A stretch of DNA of 64,000 nt from a virus. Lineage: Duplodnaviria; Caudoviricetes. Positions 29,445-41,100 of this stretch are shown here, in pieces. Each line of letters begins with the position of its first letter. The first letter of the stretch is position 1. Both the position numbers and the translations under genes were made by a program. The stretch lies in IMG/VR virus record IMGVR_UViG_3300033074_001484, positions 116,351 through 180,350 of that record. The stretch is one strand, 5' to 3'. The notes below the pieces were generated by a model. The model was not told where the DNA came from and searched no databases. It saw only the letters and a list, made by a program, of their open reading frames with translations.

Positions 29445-31265
29445 TCAAATATCATCAATATCCATAAGTCGGTGCTCGTTAAGCATATCCAATTCTTTGT
29501 TAGCTTTAATAGATAACGACTTCTCAACATCTTTCCGGTTTTTCATAATATGATCTAAATTAATACTATATTCAGTATTTTTAGCCCCTTCCGCCGATTT
29601 TTTACCAGTGGGATCACGTCCAAAATCCACATCTTTATCCGACTCAAACGAACCGGGTTCTTCTGGCCTTCCCGGATTATCTTCTCGACCATCAGGTTGT
29701 GTCGTAAACATGGTTTTCACATCAGCACCATTTGATTGTATCTTAGATGCCAATTGCATGCTTGCAATATCATGTGTTGTACCAAACGTTTTTCCAGTAA
29801 TTTTTGGATCATTACCTTCCGACTTTATTTGTTCAAATCTAAATTCAGATTTCAAGTCTTCAACAATTTCATCTTGCATTGCTATGAATTCTTCTTCTGA
29901 CATATCAAATAATGTTTCATATATATGCCGTCTACTAAACAAAGATTTATCAAGCATTGATGTTGCCAATGTCATTTTTTCATTTAACAATTCAACTTGT
30001 TGTCTTTTGAAAATTATTGACGGGTTCGGAAGTTCTAACTCAAAATCAAGCAGTTTCTCTCTATCAACACCCTGTAAAAACAAATGTATGATTGCAATTT
30101 TATAGAGTTCACTAACAAACATTTTTTGAACCCGTTCAACGGTACGTGCAAATCGAATATCCATCGAAGCTAATGTTGCTTTACCATCAACACCCTCTTC
30201 ATATCCAAGCCACGCCTTGGGTATTTTAAATGATGCGAAAAATTTACCCAATATGTGATTAATATCTGCAAGCTGATCTCCCCCGGATAGTCCGGGCAAC
30301 GTCTCAATAGAAGTTCCACTTTCCGACCCACGTACCGGTAGAAAATAATCTTCCAACATGTTCTGTATGTTGAATTTCAAATTATAATCACCTGTTCGCT
30401 CATCAACATAAGGGACTTTTTTCATCGAATCTGCAATATCTTGTATGTACCCGTCGATTTCTTCCGGGGCAATATTCCCAATGTCAATTTTAAATAACCG
30501 TCGCTCTGGTGCCCTCATAATTCGTTGTAGCATCATTGCATCTTCTAACAGCATTAATTGTTTATACGTCTTTCTACCGGGTTCCAATATGGAACGACCA
30601 TACGGTAAATATATCGTATCCGTCAATAGTCTAAAATGGGCAACCTCATATTCTTCAAAGTCCTTACGAACCGAGCCAAATACTTCCTGTTCTATCATAT
30701 CCTCACTGAATGAAAACTTAGTTTTCCCATCACCATCCAAATCTTCCTCGCGATGTAATGCCAGTGGGTGGTAAGGCGCAACATTCACTACGCCGTAACG
30801 TTCCCTGATATCTAAAATCAAAAAGTAATCACCATATTTACAAGTGTTCCTAACCCATGAAAATATATTGAATTCAATATTAAGCACGTCATAAAACAGA
30901 TTATATAAAATTTTTTTTATCTGTTCATCACTTGTTTTTATGGTAAGTACATTACCCGCATGGTCTTTCACAGTTGACTCATCTGCATATATGTCCAACG
31001 CCGACGATACTATAGCGTCTCTATCCATAAGTTCGTAATCACGGTACAATTGTCGTCTGTACGCTTCTACATCTTCAATTGTACCAACAAATACAGATTC
31101 GCGATACGTATTGCGTTTCCAACGACCGCGACTATACACGGTACGTTCCTTTTCCGCCATCTGATGTAAATTAACATCAAATATCTTTAATTGATTACCC
31201 GGAACCTTAGTAATCACTAAGTGTCTACTGAATAATTTTGCTAATGAGTCTCTAAATGATGCCAT
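29445..31265 (-). CDS. portal protein (T4 gp20-like)
   Basis: YELMD-x-D, ALDIYADE, LLEDAM-x3-RIMRAPERR-x-FKID-x-GN, EDYFLPVRG, IETLPG. Confidence 0.96.
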   Translation of the reverse strand: MASFRDSLAKLFSRHLVITKVPGNQLKIFDVNLHQMAEKERTVYSRGRWKRNTYRESVFVGTIEDVEAYRRQLYRDYELMDRDAIVSSALDIYADESTVKDHAGNVLTIKTSDEQIKKILYNLFYDVLNIEFNIFSWVRNTCKYGDYFLILDIRERYGVVNVAPYHPLALHREEDLDGDGKTKFSFSEDMIEQEVFGSVRKDFEEYEVAHFRLLTDTIYLPYGRSILEPGRKTYKQLMLLEDAMMLQRIMRAPERRLFKIDIGNIAPEEIDGYIQDIADSMKKVPYVDERTGDYNLKFNIQNMLEDYFLPVRGSESGTSIETLPGLSGGDQLADINHILGKFFASFKIPKAWLGYEEGVDGKATLASMDIRFARTVERVQKMFVSELYKIAIIHLFLQGVDREKLLDFELELPNPSIIFKRQQVELLNEKMTLATSMLDKSLFSRRHIYETLFDMSEEEFIAMQDEIVEDLKSEFRFEQIKSEGNDPKITGKTFGTTHDIASMQLASKIQSNGADVKTMFTTQPDGREDNPGRPEEPGSFESDKDVDFGRDPTGKKSAEGAKNTEYSINLDHIMKNRKDVEKSLSIKANKELDMLNEHRLMDIDDI

Positions 31266-31268
31266 GCT

Positions 31269-32873
31269 TTATTTTTTTCTCACAACCCAAGAAATATCCT
31301 CATTCCCATGCTGTGTCGGATAATTATAGGGATTGCGATTTTGTGTTCCACCTCTATAAATAGTCTTATGTATGTTAGATACTGCATTTCTTGTCATGTC
31401 AACTCCCATCATTTTTAAACGTAATGAAGTATCTCTAACAAATAAGCCCATCCCCAATGCCATTGACATGTCATCATTGTAACCTTGCTGTGCTTGAACC
31501 TTGCCATCTATCCACATAAATGTAAATAATTCATTTACGGTTCTTCGACATTTAAGTATAACTTGTTTTTCTTTAACATACGTTTCTATTTTAGATATAA
31601 TGTTTAATCGAAGTTTTGTAGTTGTCGTAAATCCGGGAACCATATTCGATTTACTCTTTAAATCATAATTTTTCATAATATGAATATTCTTATCGAAAAA
31701 TGGATCGTTTCTATATGAGTAATACAAATTGGGATAATCCCGGTCTAATGCAACTTGAACGACATCCCATCCAATACCTTTATTATCAATGACCAATAGC
31801 GCATTATTCCATTCGGTAGCTACATTGACTAATAGGTGACCAAATTCAGTAGTGTCAATTTTACCCTTAAAAGATGCAACTTGTGTAAGAGATTCAATAT
31901 CAATAACATGGAATGCACTGTCATCCCTACCATCCCCACGTGCAACGTCAGCGACAACCATATAACTTCTGTTGTAATTAGGGTATTCCCACAGCCAATA
32001 AGCATCGAATGGGTATCGTTTGTCCAAAGGGTCTTCACACATGTTATCCAAATACCACTTCAATATTTCACCTTCTATCAATGTATGACCAGATGATATA
32101 AAGTCACATGCATGTTCTTGTGCAAAACCACGTGCGCCTAATTTTGCACGTTGTACATCAGCCCATCTCGCATCTCGTTCAGGATGTAAATACCAAGGCA
32201 ATTCAACGTAAAAAAATGGTTTGTTTGATTCAGAAAACGACCCTTCCTGAGCTTCAACACACATACGATGGAACAAATTACCAACCCCATTCGGTGAACT
32301 TAATACAATCGAATTTCCACCGGTGGCGAGTGTAGCTTGTGATGCTAACCAAATATTATCAAATTTATCTATAAATGCGGCCTCGTCAATGACCAGCAAC
32401 GATACTGCATGTGATCTGGCAGATTTTTCCGAACTACTCACCGCAACAATTGTTGACCCATTCTCTAATTTTAATGTAAGTTTATTGAAAACGATTTGCC
32501 GAGGTTTCAACCATGATGGAAGGTTATCATACATAAGCTGTACTTTTTCCACGATAGCCTTTGCGACATCCTGTGTAGTAGCAATTACAAGTACACTGTA
32601 ATTAGGATTAAAAATCATTTTCCATAATGCATATGCTGCAACCAATGTACTAATCCCAAGCTGTCTACCCTTATTAATTATTACATATTTATTATCTATA
32701 AAAGTTTGTAATGTTGTTTCTTGAAATGGGTACAGATTAAATTTAAGTTTACCATGTAATGGGTGGGCAATTGTAAAATGCTTCTTTACAGCATATACAA
32801 AATCCGTCGCACATTTAGAATATTCCTCTTTAATTCGCGCCCTTAATAGCTTTTCAATATCAACATCTGACAT
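31269..32873 (-). CDS. terminase large subunit (T4 gp17-like)
   Basis: LYPFQ, KGRQLGIST, LVIDEAAF, SSPNG, ADVARGDG-x-D, NDD nuclease motifs. Confidence 0.96.
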   Translation of the reverse strand: MSDVDIEKLLRARIKEEYSKCATDFVYAVKKHFTIAHPLHGKLKFNLYPFQETTLQTFIDNKYVIINKGRQLGISTLVAAYALWKMIFNPNYSVLVIATTQDVAKAIVEKVQLMYDNLPSWLKPRQIVFNKLTLKLENGSTIVAVSSSEKSARSHAVSLLVIDEAAFIDKFDNIWLASQATLATGGNSIVLSSPNGVGNLFHRMCVEAQEGSFSESNKPFFYVELPWYLHPERDARWADVQRAKLGARGFAQEHACDFISSGHTLIEGEILKWYLDNMCEDPLDKRYPFDAYWLWEYPNYNRSYMVVADVARGDGRDDSAFHVIDIESLTQVASFKGKIDTTEFGHLLVNVATEWNNALLVIDNKGIGWDVVQVALDRDYPNLYYSYRNDPFFDKNIHIMKNYDLKSKSNMVPGFTTTTKLRLNIISKIETYVKEKQVILKCRRTVNELFTFMWIDGKVQAQQGYNDDMSMALGMGLFVRDTSLRLKMMGVDMTRNAVSNIHKTIYRGGTQNRNPYNYPTQHGNEDISWVVRKK

Positions 32874-33103
32874 TAATACCCCCCAAGCGGCACATTATAC
32901 GTATATACATTTCCAAACGTTGTTGATATTTCATATTCATCAACTGATCGTGTAATATATGTCATATCCGACGTTTCTTTTGAAATACTATCAATTCTTT
33001 TGTTATACATATCACAAGATATTTTACATTGTTTGTTAATAAAGTACAACTGCACCATAAGTCTAACTGCAATTATAACAGCAACTATGACAATATAACT
33101 CAT
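32873..33103 (-). CDS. small protein with an N-terminal TM helix
   Basis: 76 aa, coupled to both neighbours. Confidence 0.55.
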   Translation of the reverse strand: MSYIVIVAVIIAVRLMVQLYFINKQCKISCDMYNKRIDSISKETSDMTYITRSVDEYEISTTFGNVYTYNVPLGGY

Positions 33104-33738
33104 TCAGATTCAACCTGACATGTTTTGGAATGTAATAAATTCAACCAATCATTCTTGAACTCTGTGTAATTTGCTTCAATCGTAGATAAAACAAGTTCCG
33201 GGTTTTCAACCTCCCACTGTTCAACCGTCCCATTTTCATTTGTAAACGATATCCCGGTAGCAGTCAATGACCTTTTCAATTCTTCCAATTGAATGTCCAT
33301 TTCTGCGAAAAATGCCACCGCATTATCATACATTTTTTTATTAGCATATTCAGTAAACGATCCGTCTATCTTTTTTCGAGTTTCAATATCTATCACACAT
33401 TCAGAACACATTCCAGTTTTTTTTCTGAATTTATGATCTAATCTTGTAGGAGAATTACATGTACATTCATCCTTTGGGCAATTGAAAAAGGTAGGTTGAG
33501 ATGCGTTTACACCAACAAAATTTGCAGGAACTTTAGATATATACCCGGCATGTTGCTCATACCTATATCTGCTATTTGTTGCCGGATCAATGTCATACCA
33601 CACCTCCCCCAACGTTCGTGTTTTATTTTTCTCGGCAACATCTTCGGCATCATAAAATGTAAAACTTTTACGAGTTTGAAACCGATGAGTTCCATCCAAA
33701 AATTGTTTAATAGATTTAACGTTTTGTAACTTTCCCAT
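33100..33738 (-). CDS. hypothetical protein with a Cys cluster (possible Zn-binding)
   Basis: CPKDECTC...GMCSEC. Confidence 0.7.
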   Translation of the reverse strand: MGKLQNVKSIKQFLDGTHRFQTRKSFTFYDAEDVAEKNKTRTLGEVWYDIDPATNSRYRYEQHAGYISKVPANFVGVNASQPTFFNCPKDECTCNSPTRLDHKFRKKTGMCSECVIDIETRKKIDGSFTEYANKKMYDNAVAFFAEMDIQLEELKRSLTATGISFTNENGTVEQWEVENPELVLSTIEANYTEFKNDWLNLLHSKTCQVESE

Positions 33739-33744
33739 ATGTTT

Positions 33745-34317
33745 TTATTTTTTCCTTTCTATTTCCTCTTCTGAATCGTCAGATTTGGTAACTTTAACAT
33801 CAGGTCTATTTGTGTCTGGCTGAGGTGTTTCTTTAGATTTTTTTGGATTTTTTACATCAGCCGCATCATTTGAATTCTCCGAATCCTCTGCGTTCGCATT
33901 ATCTCGCTTTGCAGCAATTCGACGAAAATTATCTATAATATCGGAAATCTTATTTGACGGAACCCCAACGATATTAGCAAATTTTATTATTGCATCCGCT
34001 TGGTCCAATACATTTGTGAATGATAAATATTTCATGAGACCACTTTTCTCAAGTTTCTCAAAAAATATCTTGACCATAATCCTTTCACTTTTTACGGCCT
34101 TGTCATCTTTTGCCTTTGGTTTTACCGGAACTACTTTATCTACAATATCATCTCCACCCACAGGAACCCCATCACGTTCCATTATATACTGTCGAGATAT
34201 ACGTTCAATAAGTCTTTGACGTTTTAAACTGTTGCTTACTGCGGCTTCACCATTCATGTTTTTAATAGCCTCGACTATGTATTTTTTAAGTCCCACTTCA
34301 AATTTGTCGCGTTTCAT
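33745..34317 (-). CDS. hypothetical protein (possible internal head protein)
   Basis: Start moved to MKRDKF (34317) because the upstream in-frame codons coincide with the TATTTATA motif and an AAGGA SD. Confidence 0.65.
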   Translation of the reverse strand: MKRDKFEVGLKKYIVEAIKNMNGEAAVSNSLKRQRLIERISRQYIMERDGVPVGGDDIVDKVVPVKPKAKDDKAVKSERIMVKIFFEKLEKSGLMKYLSFTNVLDQADAIIKFANIVGVPSNKISDIIDNFRRIAAKRDNANAEDSENSNDAADVKNPKKSKETPQPDTNRPDVKVTKSDDSEEEIERKK

Positions 34318-34333
34318 ACTTTTTTCCTTTTTA

Positions 34334-34342
34334 TATAAATAG
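34334..34342 (-). promoter_or_regulatory. candidate late promoter CTATTTATA
   Basis: Upstream of start 34317 (unit leading to terminase and portal). Confidence 0.6.
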
Positions 34343-34346
34343 TTAA

Positions 34347-35141
34347 TCATTGATTATCATCAATATTTTTAATTTCCCCACTTGGTGGCGGGTCACCGGA
34401 TTTATCTCTACTCATCCGTTCAATTATATCCAGAAACCCATTATCCTTCATTTTTTTCCCTATCTGCGCCACATTAAATGGTATAGTATACAAAACATTA
34501 TCCAAATGTTTACACACACTCCCACGCTTGCCCGGATTATTAATATCGGGTGGACGATTCTCTGGATATACTGCATAATCATCAACCGTTCCTATGTATT
34601 TAAACCCCCAATATACCCATGAGGGATCGGTGCAATGCACCAATATATCTCCAAAAATTGCCATCTTAATTATCTGATCAATAGGCTTACTATCCTTATG
34701 TTCCATATATATAGTTGGCAAATCAACTAATTTAACCAATTGCATATACACAATTTTATCTTTAGTGTAACTTGGAGTTCTATAAATAATCGTACCCTCT
34801 TTATCAACATTTACCAAATACGATCCTTTATTAGTCTTTGCTGACCTTTGTCTAAGTGTCTCCCCACTTTTATACACAAAACCGGGAGCCTTTGCCCGAA
34901 GTGTTTTGTAATCTGTTTCAGATAAATATTCTCTAATTATCTCAGCATTTGTATCCTCATACAACTCACATTCACGAATAAGATTGTCAATAGAACTCTC
35001 GGTAAAAAAAAGATACTCCAAATATTTTGGAATACCACCTTCAATTATCATATATTCCGGTAATACTGGTACATCTTCGACACTCTCTGTTAAGTGAATA
35101 CGAGTGTATTTGTCATTTGCTTTTAATTCAACTATATCCAT
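34347..35141 (-). CDS. SWIM-like Zn-finger protein
   Basis: VHCTDPSW-x-YWG...NP-x3-GSVCKHL (CxD...CxH variant). Confidence 0.55.
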   Translation of the reverse strand: MDIVELKANDKYTRIHLTESVEDVPVLPEYMIIEGGIPKYLEYLFFTESSIDNLIRECELYEDTNAEIIREYLSETDYKTLRAKAPGFVYKSGETLRQRSAKTNKGSYLVNVDKEGTIIYRTPSYTKDKIVYMQLVKLVDLPTIYMEHKDSKPIDQIIKMAIFGDILVHCTDPSWVYWGFKYIGTVDDYAVYPENRPPDINNPGKRGSVCKHLDNVLYTIPFNVAQIGKKMKDNGFLDIIERMSRDKSGDPPPSGEIKNIDDNQ

Positions 35142-35729
35142 TTACCAATCCCATGTTAATAAACAATTTACGTTAAATGTAGTCCCATAATACTCATAAA
35201 ACACTTGTGTATTTACGTGTCTACACACCCATTTATAATCAACAGTACCAATGGTGGTACTAAGTGCAATCACCAATTCTAACTTAAATGTTGTTGCCGC
35301 CGATGAATACAAATCAAGAATTGCAATCGGTGATGCCGCTGTTAATTCTTGCCAATCGCTATCCGGTGTAGTACTTAGGGTTTGTGCCAGTAAATTTGTC
35401 GTTGAAATCAATGCCCCCGAATCCTTCACTAATCGAACTAAAACTGAATGTGAGGTCACGTTTGTCGTGTTAACTGTCCAATATGATATACCTACCCTTA
35501 TTTGTGTTATCGCATCCGCATCCGGTGGGACTCCAAGACTGATCCAACTTAAATTTTCATCAGCGCGACGGCCACGTTCAAACACATTTGAAAGTGCTTG
35601 GGCCGTAGATGTAAATTGAAATACAGGTATAGTATTATATGACGATTCAGCAAATGTGATATCTGGGGTTGACCCTACATCAACCATACTCTGTGGAGCT
35701 TCAATTTGTCCGCTTACATCATAACTCAT
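35142..35729 (-). CDS. hypothetical protein, probably structural
   Basis: 195 aa, beta-rich. Confidence 0.55.
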   Translation of the reverse strand: MSYDVSGQIEAPQSMVDVGSTPDITFAESSYNTIPVFQFTSTAQALSNVFERGRRADENLSWISLGVPPDADAITQIRVGISYWTVNTTNVTSHSVLVRLVKDSGALISTTNLLAQTLSTTPDSDWQELTAASPIAILDLYSSAATTFKLELVIALSTTIGTVDYKWVCRHVNTQVFYEYYGTTFNVNCLLTWDW

Positions 35730-38092
35730 TACAATTTCCTTATTACCATTATCATTGTGGTTAATGTGTCCCTACCCGGTACCCACCCAGATGCACTCGC
35801 ATAAAAATTTAACACCTCCGCCCTATCATTGCCAACCGCTTTCCATGTTGATGTATCAAATGCAGATGCTGAGTATGATGCCGAACTTCTAACATACATT
35901 GACACACTCCCGGATGGTATAATTGACGATGACACATCATATACCGGTGAGAATGTATATATCGATCCTCGTTGAACATCAAAGGACGTGTCATATATAG
36001 AGCTTGACCCCGAAATCATTGTATAAAAATTTTCAACAGAACAGCTTACCGGAACATTAACTGACCCTAAATATCTCATCTGCCCCGCTTGCGCAGTTAA
36101 CATTCCCCTATAAGTAAGCGTTAAAGACCCAATTCTTAAATTATAATCCTTGTCTAATTCTGAAATGTTCAATTTATCAATATGACTTATCGCATTTGAT
36201 GGTATTGAACCCTCATTTTTATACATGATGTCTATTAACAAATCACCAACTTCAAAATCATTAGCACGAACATTTAATCTATAATGATTTGGTGAAAATC
36301 CAATATCAGTACGTGGTATTATTTCCACGTTTGATATATCATATTGCCCTTTTCTAATTGCAAATTTTGGAACCGTTACACCATCCGATAATGTTTTAAA
36401 ATACATAACAGATTTAGCACCACGTTCAACTTTATTTGAAATCGACCCAATATATACACCTAAATTTCTATCAACCAATGGATTATAATTAACAGACGGT
36501 AATTTATCAGTTAATATATCAGACCCCGACACATATACATCAAGTTGATGTTGAGTATTTGATGTTGAATTTATTGTTGTATAATCAAATGATAGTTGAT
36601 GTTGAGTATTTGATGTTGAATTTATTGTTGTATAATCAAATGATAGTTTATATTCAGTGTTTGCGTATAACTGTACGGCATATGTTGGCAACAATTCAAA
36701 TACAACAGGTGAATTAACTTCATCCATATCTCCTGTATACGTCACCCGTGCCGCATTTAACATCGTATCAGATATTGATGCAGTGGGTATTCGGTTTGAA
36801 TCCACGCAGGATGCGGTCCAATATGTATTCAATACCTGTTGTGTGAATTTACCCAACGGTCGTTCTATAATACCATCGGTGGGTGACAATAAAATATTGG
36901 ACGGGTCAATCAAAATATTGCGCTCAACAACATCATATTCACCCAAATTAACAAAGTCTCCAATATTATTTGACACTTTATATCTAATCCCTAATTTCTT
37001 AACCACGCCGCCCACAGGTTCCATGTTCTTAATATCAAATGTAATAAACGACGCTGTTGTAGGAGTGTCACTGTATGTAGGTGTGGAATAAAAACTACCG
37101 GTAAAATCAGTATGATTGATTAATTTAGTAAGGGTGTATACCCCCGAATTCCCATCCTCCTGTGTATATGATGTTGATATAATGAATGGCGTATCAAGTT
37201 GTACACTATTTTTATTGACAATATTAACTATACTTCCACTATATACAAATCCAGTTAACTGTGCAGCAGATGTTTTGACAATAGGAGGCACCCTTTCAGT
37301 GATATTAATATTATTCAATGTCACAGTACCACCTACCATCTGCTCTGTGAACTCAAACGTATCAGATGTGAGTGTTGTTAAATTTAAATGTTCTGGAAGA
37401 CGTGCTCGGTCAACTGTCGAATAACCATCGTCAACTTGTACATTATTTTTAGGAGCAATATTACTTGTTTCCTTAGTAACACCACCCCCACCATGTACAG
37501 ATGGCGTGATTCCGGTCTTTATCGTGAAATTTCCAGACGACGACATTATGAGAGTTTCAGATGACGTTAATAACGTTCGATACCTCTCATTTCTCTTTTT
37601 ATATGTAACAATTGGGTCTGTTATAAAAAAAACATCGGAACCGTTGCCTTTAGTAGTCACTATGTTTATATCTCTGCTCCAAATAACATTTGGAGTATTA
37701 ATATAATTCGGGGATGACATATCATCTATATACGGAATTTGTCGATGTGTGACCGGATCGATTGCCAATCTTCCACCTATATAAATTTTACCACGTCCCG
37801 GAGGTGTGTCAGCATAAATGTAAACCGATATAATTTTACTTTTTTCTTGGGTTACAATCGGAACCACTTCATAGTATATAGTATTTCCATTTGCATCAAA
37901 AATATCTATATACACCTTACTCTTTGGAACTAACTTATCAGCATCTCCCAAAATTCTAAACAGATTTTTTCCCACGTAAAATGTGTCCGGGAAATCTACC
38001 AATTTAAAATAATTATGGGAATATTCACTTATATCCCTATATGTGATTGGATAAGATAATAATCCTGATTGTGATTTTTTATATTGTATCAT
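35729..38092 (-). CDS. large putative structural protein
   Basis: 787 aa, beta-rich, many SGS/TAS motifs. Confidence 0.6.
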   Translation of the reverse strand: MIQYKKSQSGLLSYPITYRDISEYSHNYFKLVDFPDTFYVGKNLFRILGDADKLVPKSKVYIDIFDANGNTIYYEVVPIVTQEKSKIISVYIYADTPPGRGKIYIGGRLAIDPVTHRQIPYIDDMSSPNYINTPNVIWSRDINIVTTKGNGSDVFFITDPIVTYKKRNERYRTLLTSSETLIMSSSGNFTIKTGITPSVHGGGGVTKETSNIAPKNNVQVDDGYSTVDRARLPEHLNLTTLTSDTFEFTEQMVGGTVTLNNINITERVPPIVKTSAAQLTGFVYSGSIVNIVNKNSVQLDTPFIISTSYTQEDGNSGVYTLTKLINHTDFTGSFYSTPTYSDTPTTASFITFDIKNMEPVGGVVKKLGIRYKVSNNIGDFVNLGEYDVVERNILIDPSNILLSPTDGIIERPLGKFTQQVLNTYWTASCVDSNRIPTASISDTMLNAARVTYTGDMDEVNSPVVFELLPTYAVQLYANTEYKLSFDYTTINSTSNTQHQLSFDYTTINSTSNTQHQLDVYVSGSDILTDKLPSVNYNPLVDRNLGVYIGSISNKVERGAKSVMYFKTLSDGVTVPKFAIRKGQYDISNVEIIPRTDIGFSPNHYRLNVRANDFEVGDLLIDIMYKNEGSIPSNAISHIDKLNISELDKDYNLRIGSLTLTYRGMLTAQAGQMRYLGSVNVPVSCSVENFYTMISGSSSIYDTSFDVQRGSIYTFSPVYDVSSSIIPSGSVSMYVRSSASYSASAFDTSTWKAVGNDRAEVLNFYASASGWVPGRDTLTTMIMVIRKL
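36543..36648. repeat. exact 51-bp in-frame tandem duplication
   Basis: LSFDYTTINSTSNTQHQ encoded twice with identical DNA. Confidence 0.9.
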
Positions 38093-38104
38093 TTACAATA
38101 AGTA

Positions 38105-41100
38105 TCACTCCACATATAATCTACTATTTTCTCCTTGACGATCTATTGTAATGATATCGTCAACCATAGATTTAATACTATCAATATGTGAAATGCATAA
38201 CACCACCCTACAAAATGATAACATCTTAACAAACATATTATGAATTGGTGCCCAATGGTCCCCGTCCAATACACCAAACCCCTCATCAATTATAATGAAC
38301 AATGATTTTGGTAGAGTTGTTATACTCAACAATGCGGTCCGTATCGCCAATGACGCAACGAACGACTCCATCCCAGATGTTAATTCAATTGGCCATTCAT
38401 TATCATCAGAGTATTTAATATACATGTCAATATTCTCAGAATCACCTATCGTGAACCGTACTGTAAAAGGAACAACTCCTGACAATATCTCATTTGTACG
38501 GTGTTGAATTATTGGAAGATATTTTTTGATAATAAAGTATGGTACACCATTTCTATTACATAACGCAATGTATTCATTAAGAACATTTTGCATGTTCAAT
38601 GCGTTATGATATATGCGCTCATTACTCTTCAACATTTCAACATCCTGTGCAAGTTTTTTAAGTTCACTCTCCAATGCCCAATATCGACTGTTGAGGTCAT
38701 ACTGCTTTTTAGTGGTCGTTGATACCTCTCGTGTGATTTCTTCAATCTTTTGTTTATAAACATTATTATGTTTTAATATCTCCTGTATTTCAACAAATCG
38801 ATCACGTTTTGAAACGGCTTCCTTCAACAGCAATGTCAATGACATTTTATTAGATTGCAACCCATCTTCAGTCATTTTAATAGTGTTTGCATTAGACCGT
38901 GCCAATGCAATTTGATGTTCAACACTTTTATATTGTTCATGTAATTCATTGTAATTTTTAACACTTTCAAGTAATTCAGAACCATCTGCAAGTTCGCCAT
39001 CAATTCTATTCAATTCCTTTTCAAGTTCGGGAATGCGTGCAATATCCCGCATTGCCAATTTCACAAACTCATTATCCACACAGTACTTACAATTCGGATC
39101 GTATTTATGTACGTTCAATCGCTCTCTGGATTGTTCGCATTTATTCAAATCGACAACCACACCCTGACGTGTCGTTTTCAAATTAGCAAGCTCAGATACT
39201 AAAAATTGATGCTGCCGCATCCCATCCATAATCTCCTGCGCATTAAACGCACCTAAGTTTCCCGTCAATAAAGATATACATTCTTCAATCTTATCCTTTT
39301 CACTAAGAACATTAATCAGGCGAGTATCAATATCTTTTATCTGATTGGTATATTTTTCAATGTCCCGCTCAACCGCATGTATATCAATATTCTCAACATT
39401 TTCTATCCGCGCATTATATTCTTTGATGTTGTTGTTAAGCGTGTTCAACTGTTCAATTAGCATTTCCAATTCAACCCCACATGCTTTAAACTCAGTAGAC
39501 AACGTCTCAATTTTCGACTCCTTATCGGCAATCTCAGTAGTATAATCTTTTTTCAATTTGTAGATATCAAGTTCAACATTTTTTAATTGTGCCTTGCCAA
39601 GGTTCTCATAAGTTTCATATATTTCAGTATCTAAAAATCTATACAACAGCGTCTGCCTATTTGATTGTGTTTTGTCAATAAACGTTGACGAATTCTTTTG
39701 AGTTGAAATCGATGTTAATGTGATATCATCATATGTACCAATATATGAGCGTATTATTTTGTTGGTATGCTCGCGCTTCGTGCCAGTCAAATCTTTGATA
39801 ACATTGCCTTCATCATCTATTATATAAAAATACACGTCAACCGAAACTTTGCCAAGTTTAGACTTGCTACCATTCCTGACTATTTTATATCTAACACCCG
39901 ATATTCGTAAGATCAATTCACATGTGAAATAATCCGCATTACGATTCATAACATTAGCCGCCATAGATGTTTTACTACATTTATCATACATGCAAAATAA
40001 AATAGCATCTATTAGGGTGCTTTTACCTGTTGCATTTGGCGCGAACAATCCCACTAATCCGTTAAATCTACTAAAGTTGACAACATTACCGGGACCATAA
40101 CTAAACATATTATCAAATGCAAAATATTCAATATCCCAATCAACATTTCGCACCGAGTCGTCAACAACAGCTTTATTTTTTATTTCTGTGTGTAATGCAA
40201 TAATCGCTTCAACACTTTCAGATGATAATCCTTTGATGTCAAGATATTCTCTTAAAATTGAACTCTCATCTGCATGTTTGGTAGTTAAAACATGTAACAA
40301 TTCAGATGTAGATACGCTCCCGACATTTTCAATAGACGCTACATTAACTGTATATTTTTTGGACAACCTATCAATAAAAGATTTAATGCTTTTAGGGTCC
40401 TCATCATTATGCCTAATTCGGACTGTCAACCGTTTTGCATCATATTCCGGAATCTCTGTATTGATATCATTGATTGTAATATACAAATGCTCTTGTGGTA
40501 TTTTTACAAATTCACCCTTTTTTGTAGGTATGTCCCATACGATTATTCCATGATCTAACCCTTCGCCAAAATTTTGCTGGATCAATGATCCGGGATATGC
40601 CGCAGTTGGTGAAACATATTGAAACTTATGAATGTCTCCAAGCATCACAATGTCATACTCTGTAAACATTTCAACATCAACACTTGCATTATCAAATAAA
40701 TAACCATAATCATTAGATGCCCCGTTTACCGGGCCATGAAATAATGCAACCTTTGTTGAACATGAAGTATTAATTGTGAAAGGCCATTTTTCCTTCCCAT
40801 CTAAAATTGAAAATACGCCAAATGCAATATCCCCGATCTCGAACACCCCAGAATATGGTAAATAATAAAGATTCGGATGCCTCATAATATCACATATCGG
40901 AGTCAACACATCCAATCGAGATGAGTTAATTCCGTTAAAGTCATGGTTTCCGGGTATTACAATTGTCGGACATATATCAGCAAATTTTCTGAATAACGTT
41001 CCAATTAACATTGTCATTTCCGAGGACATGTCCACCTTTGAATGTGCAACATCACCAGTAATAACAATTACTGAATCTTTTGTTTTATGAGCCTCTATAT

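Noticed and set aside
34318-34350. Track start MINYLYKKEKS for ORF 33745-34350
   Set aside because: These codons coincide with the late motif and SD, so the start at 34317 is more plausible.
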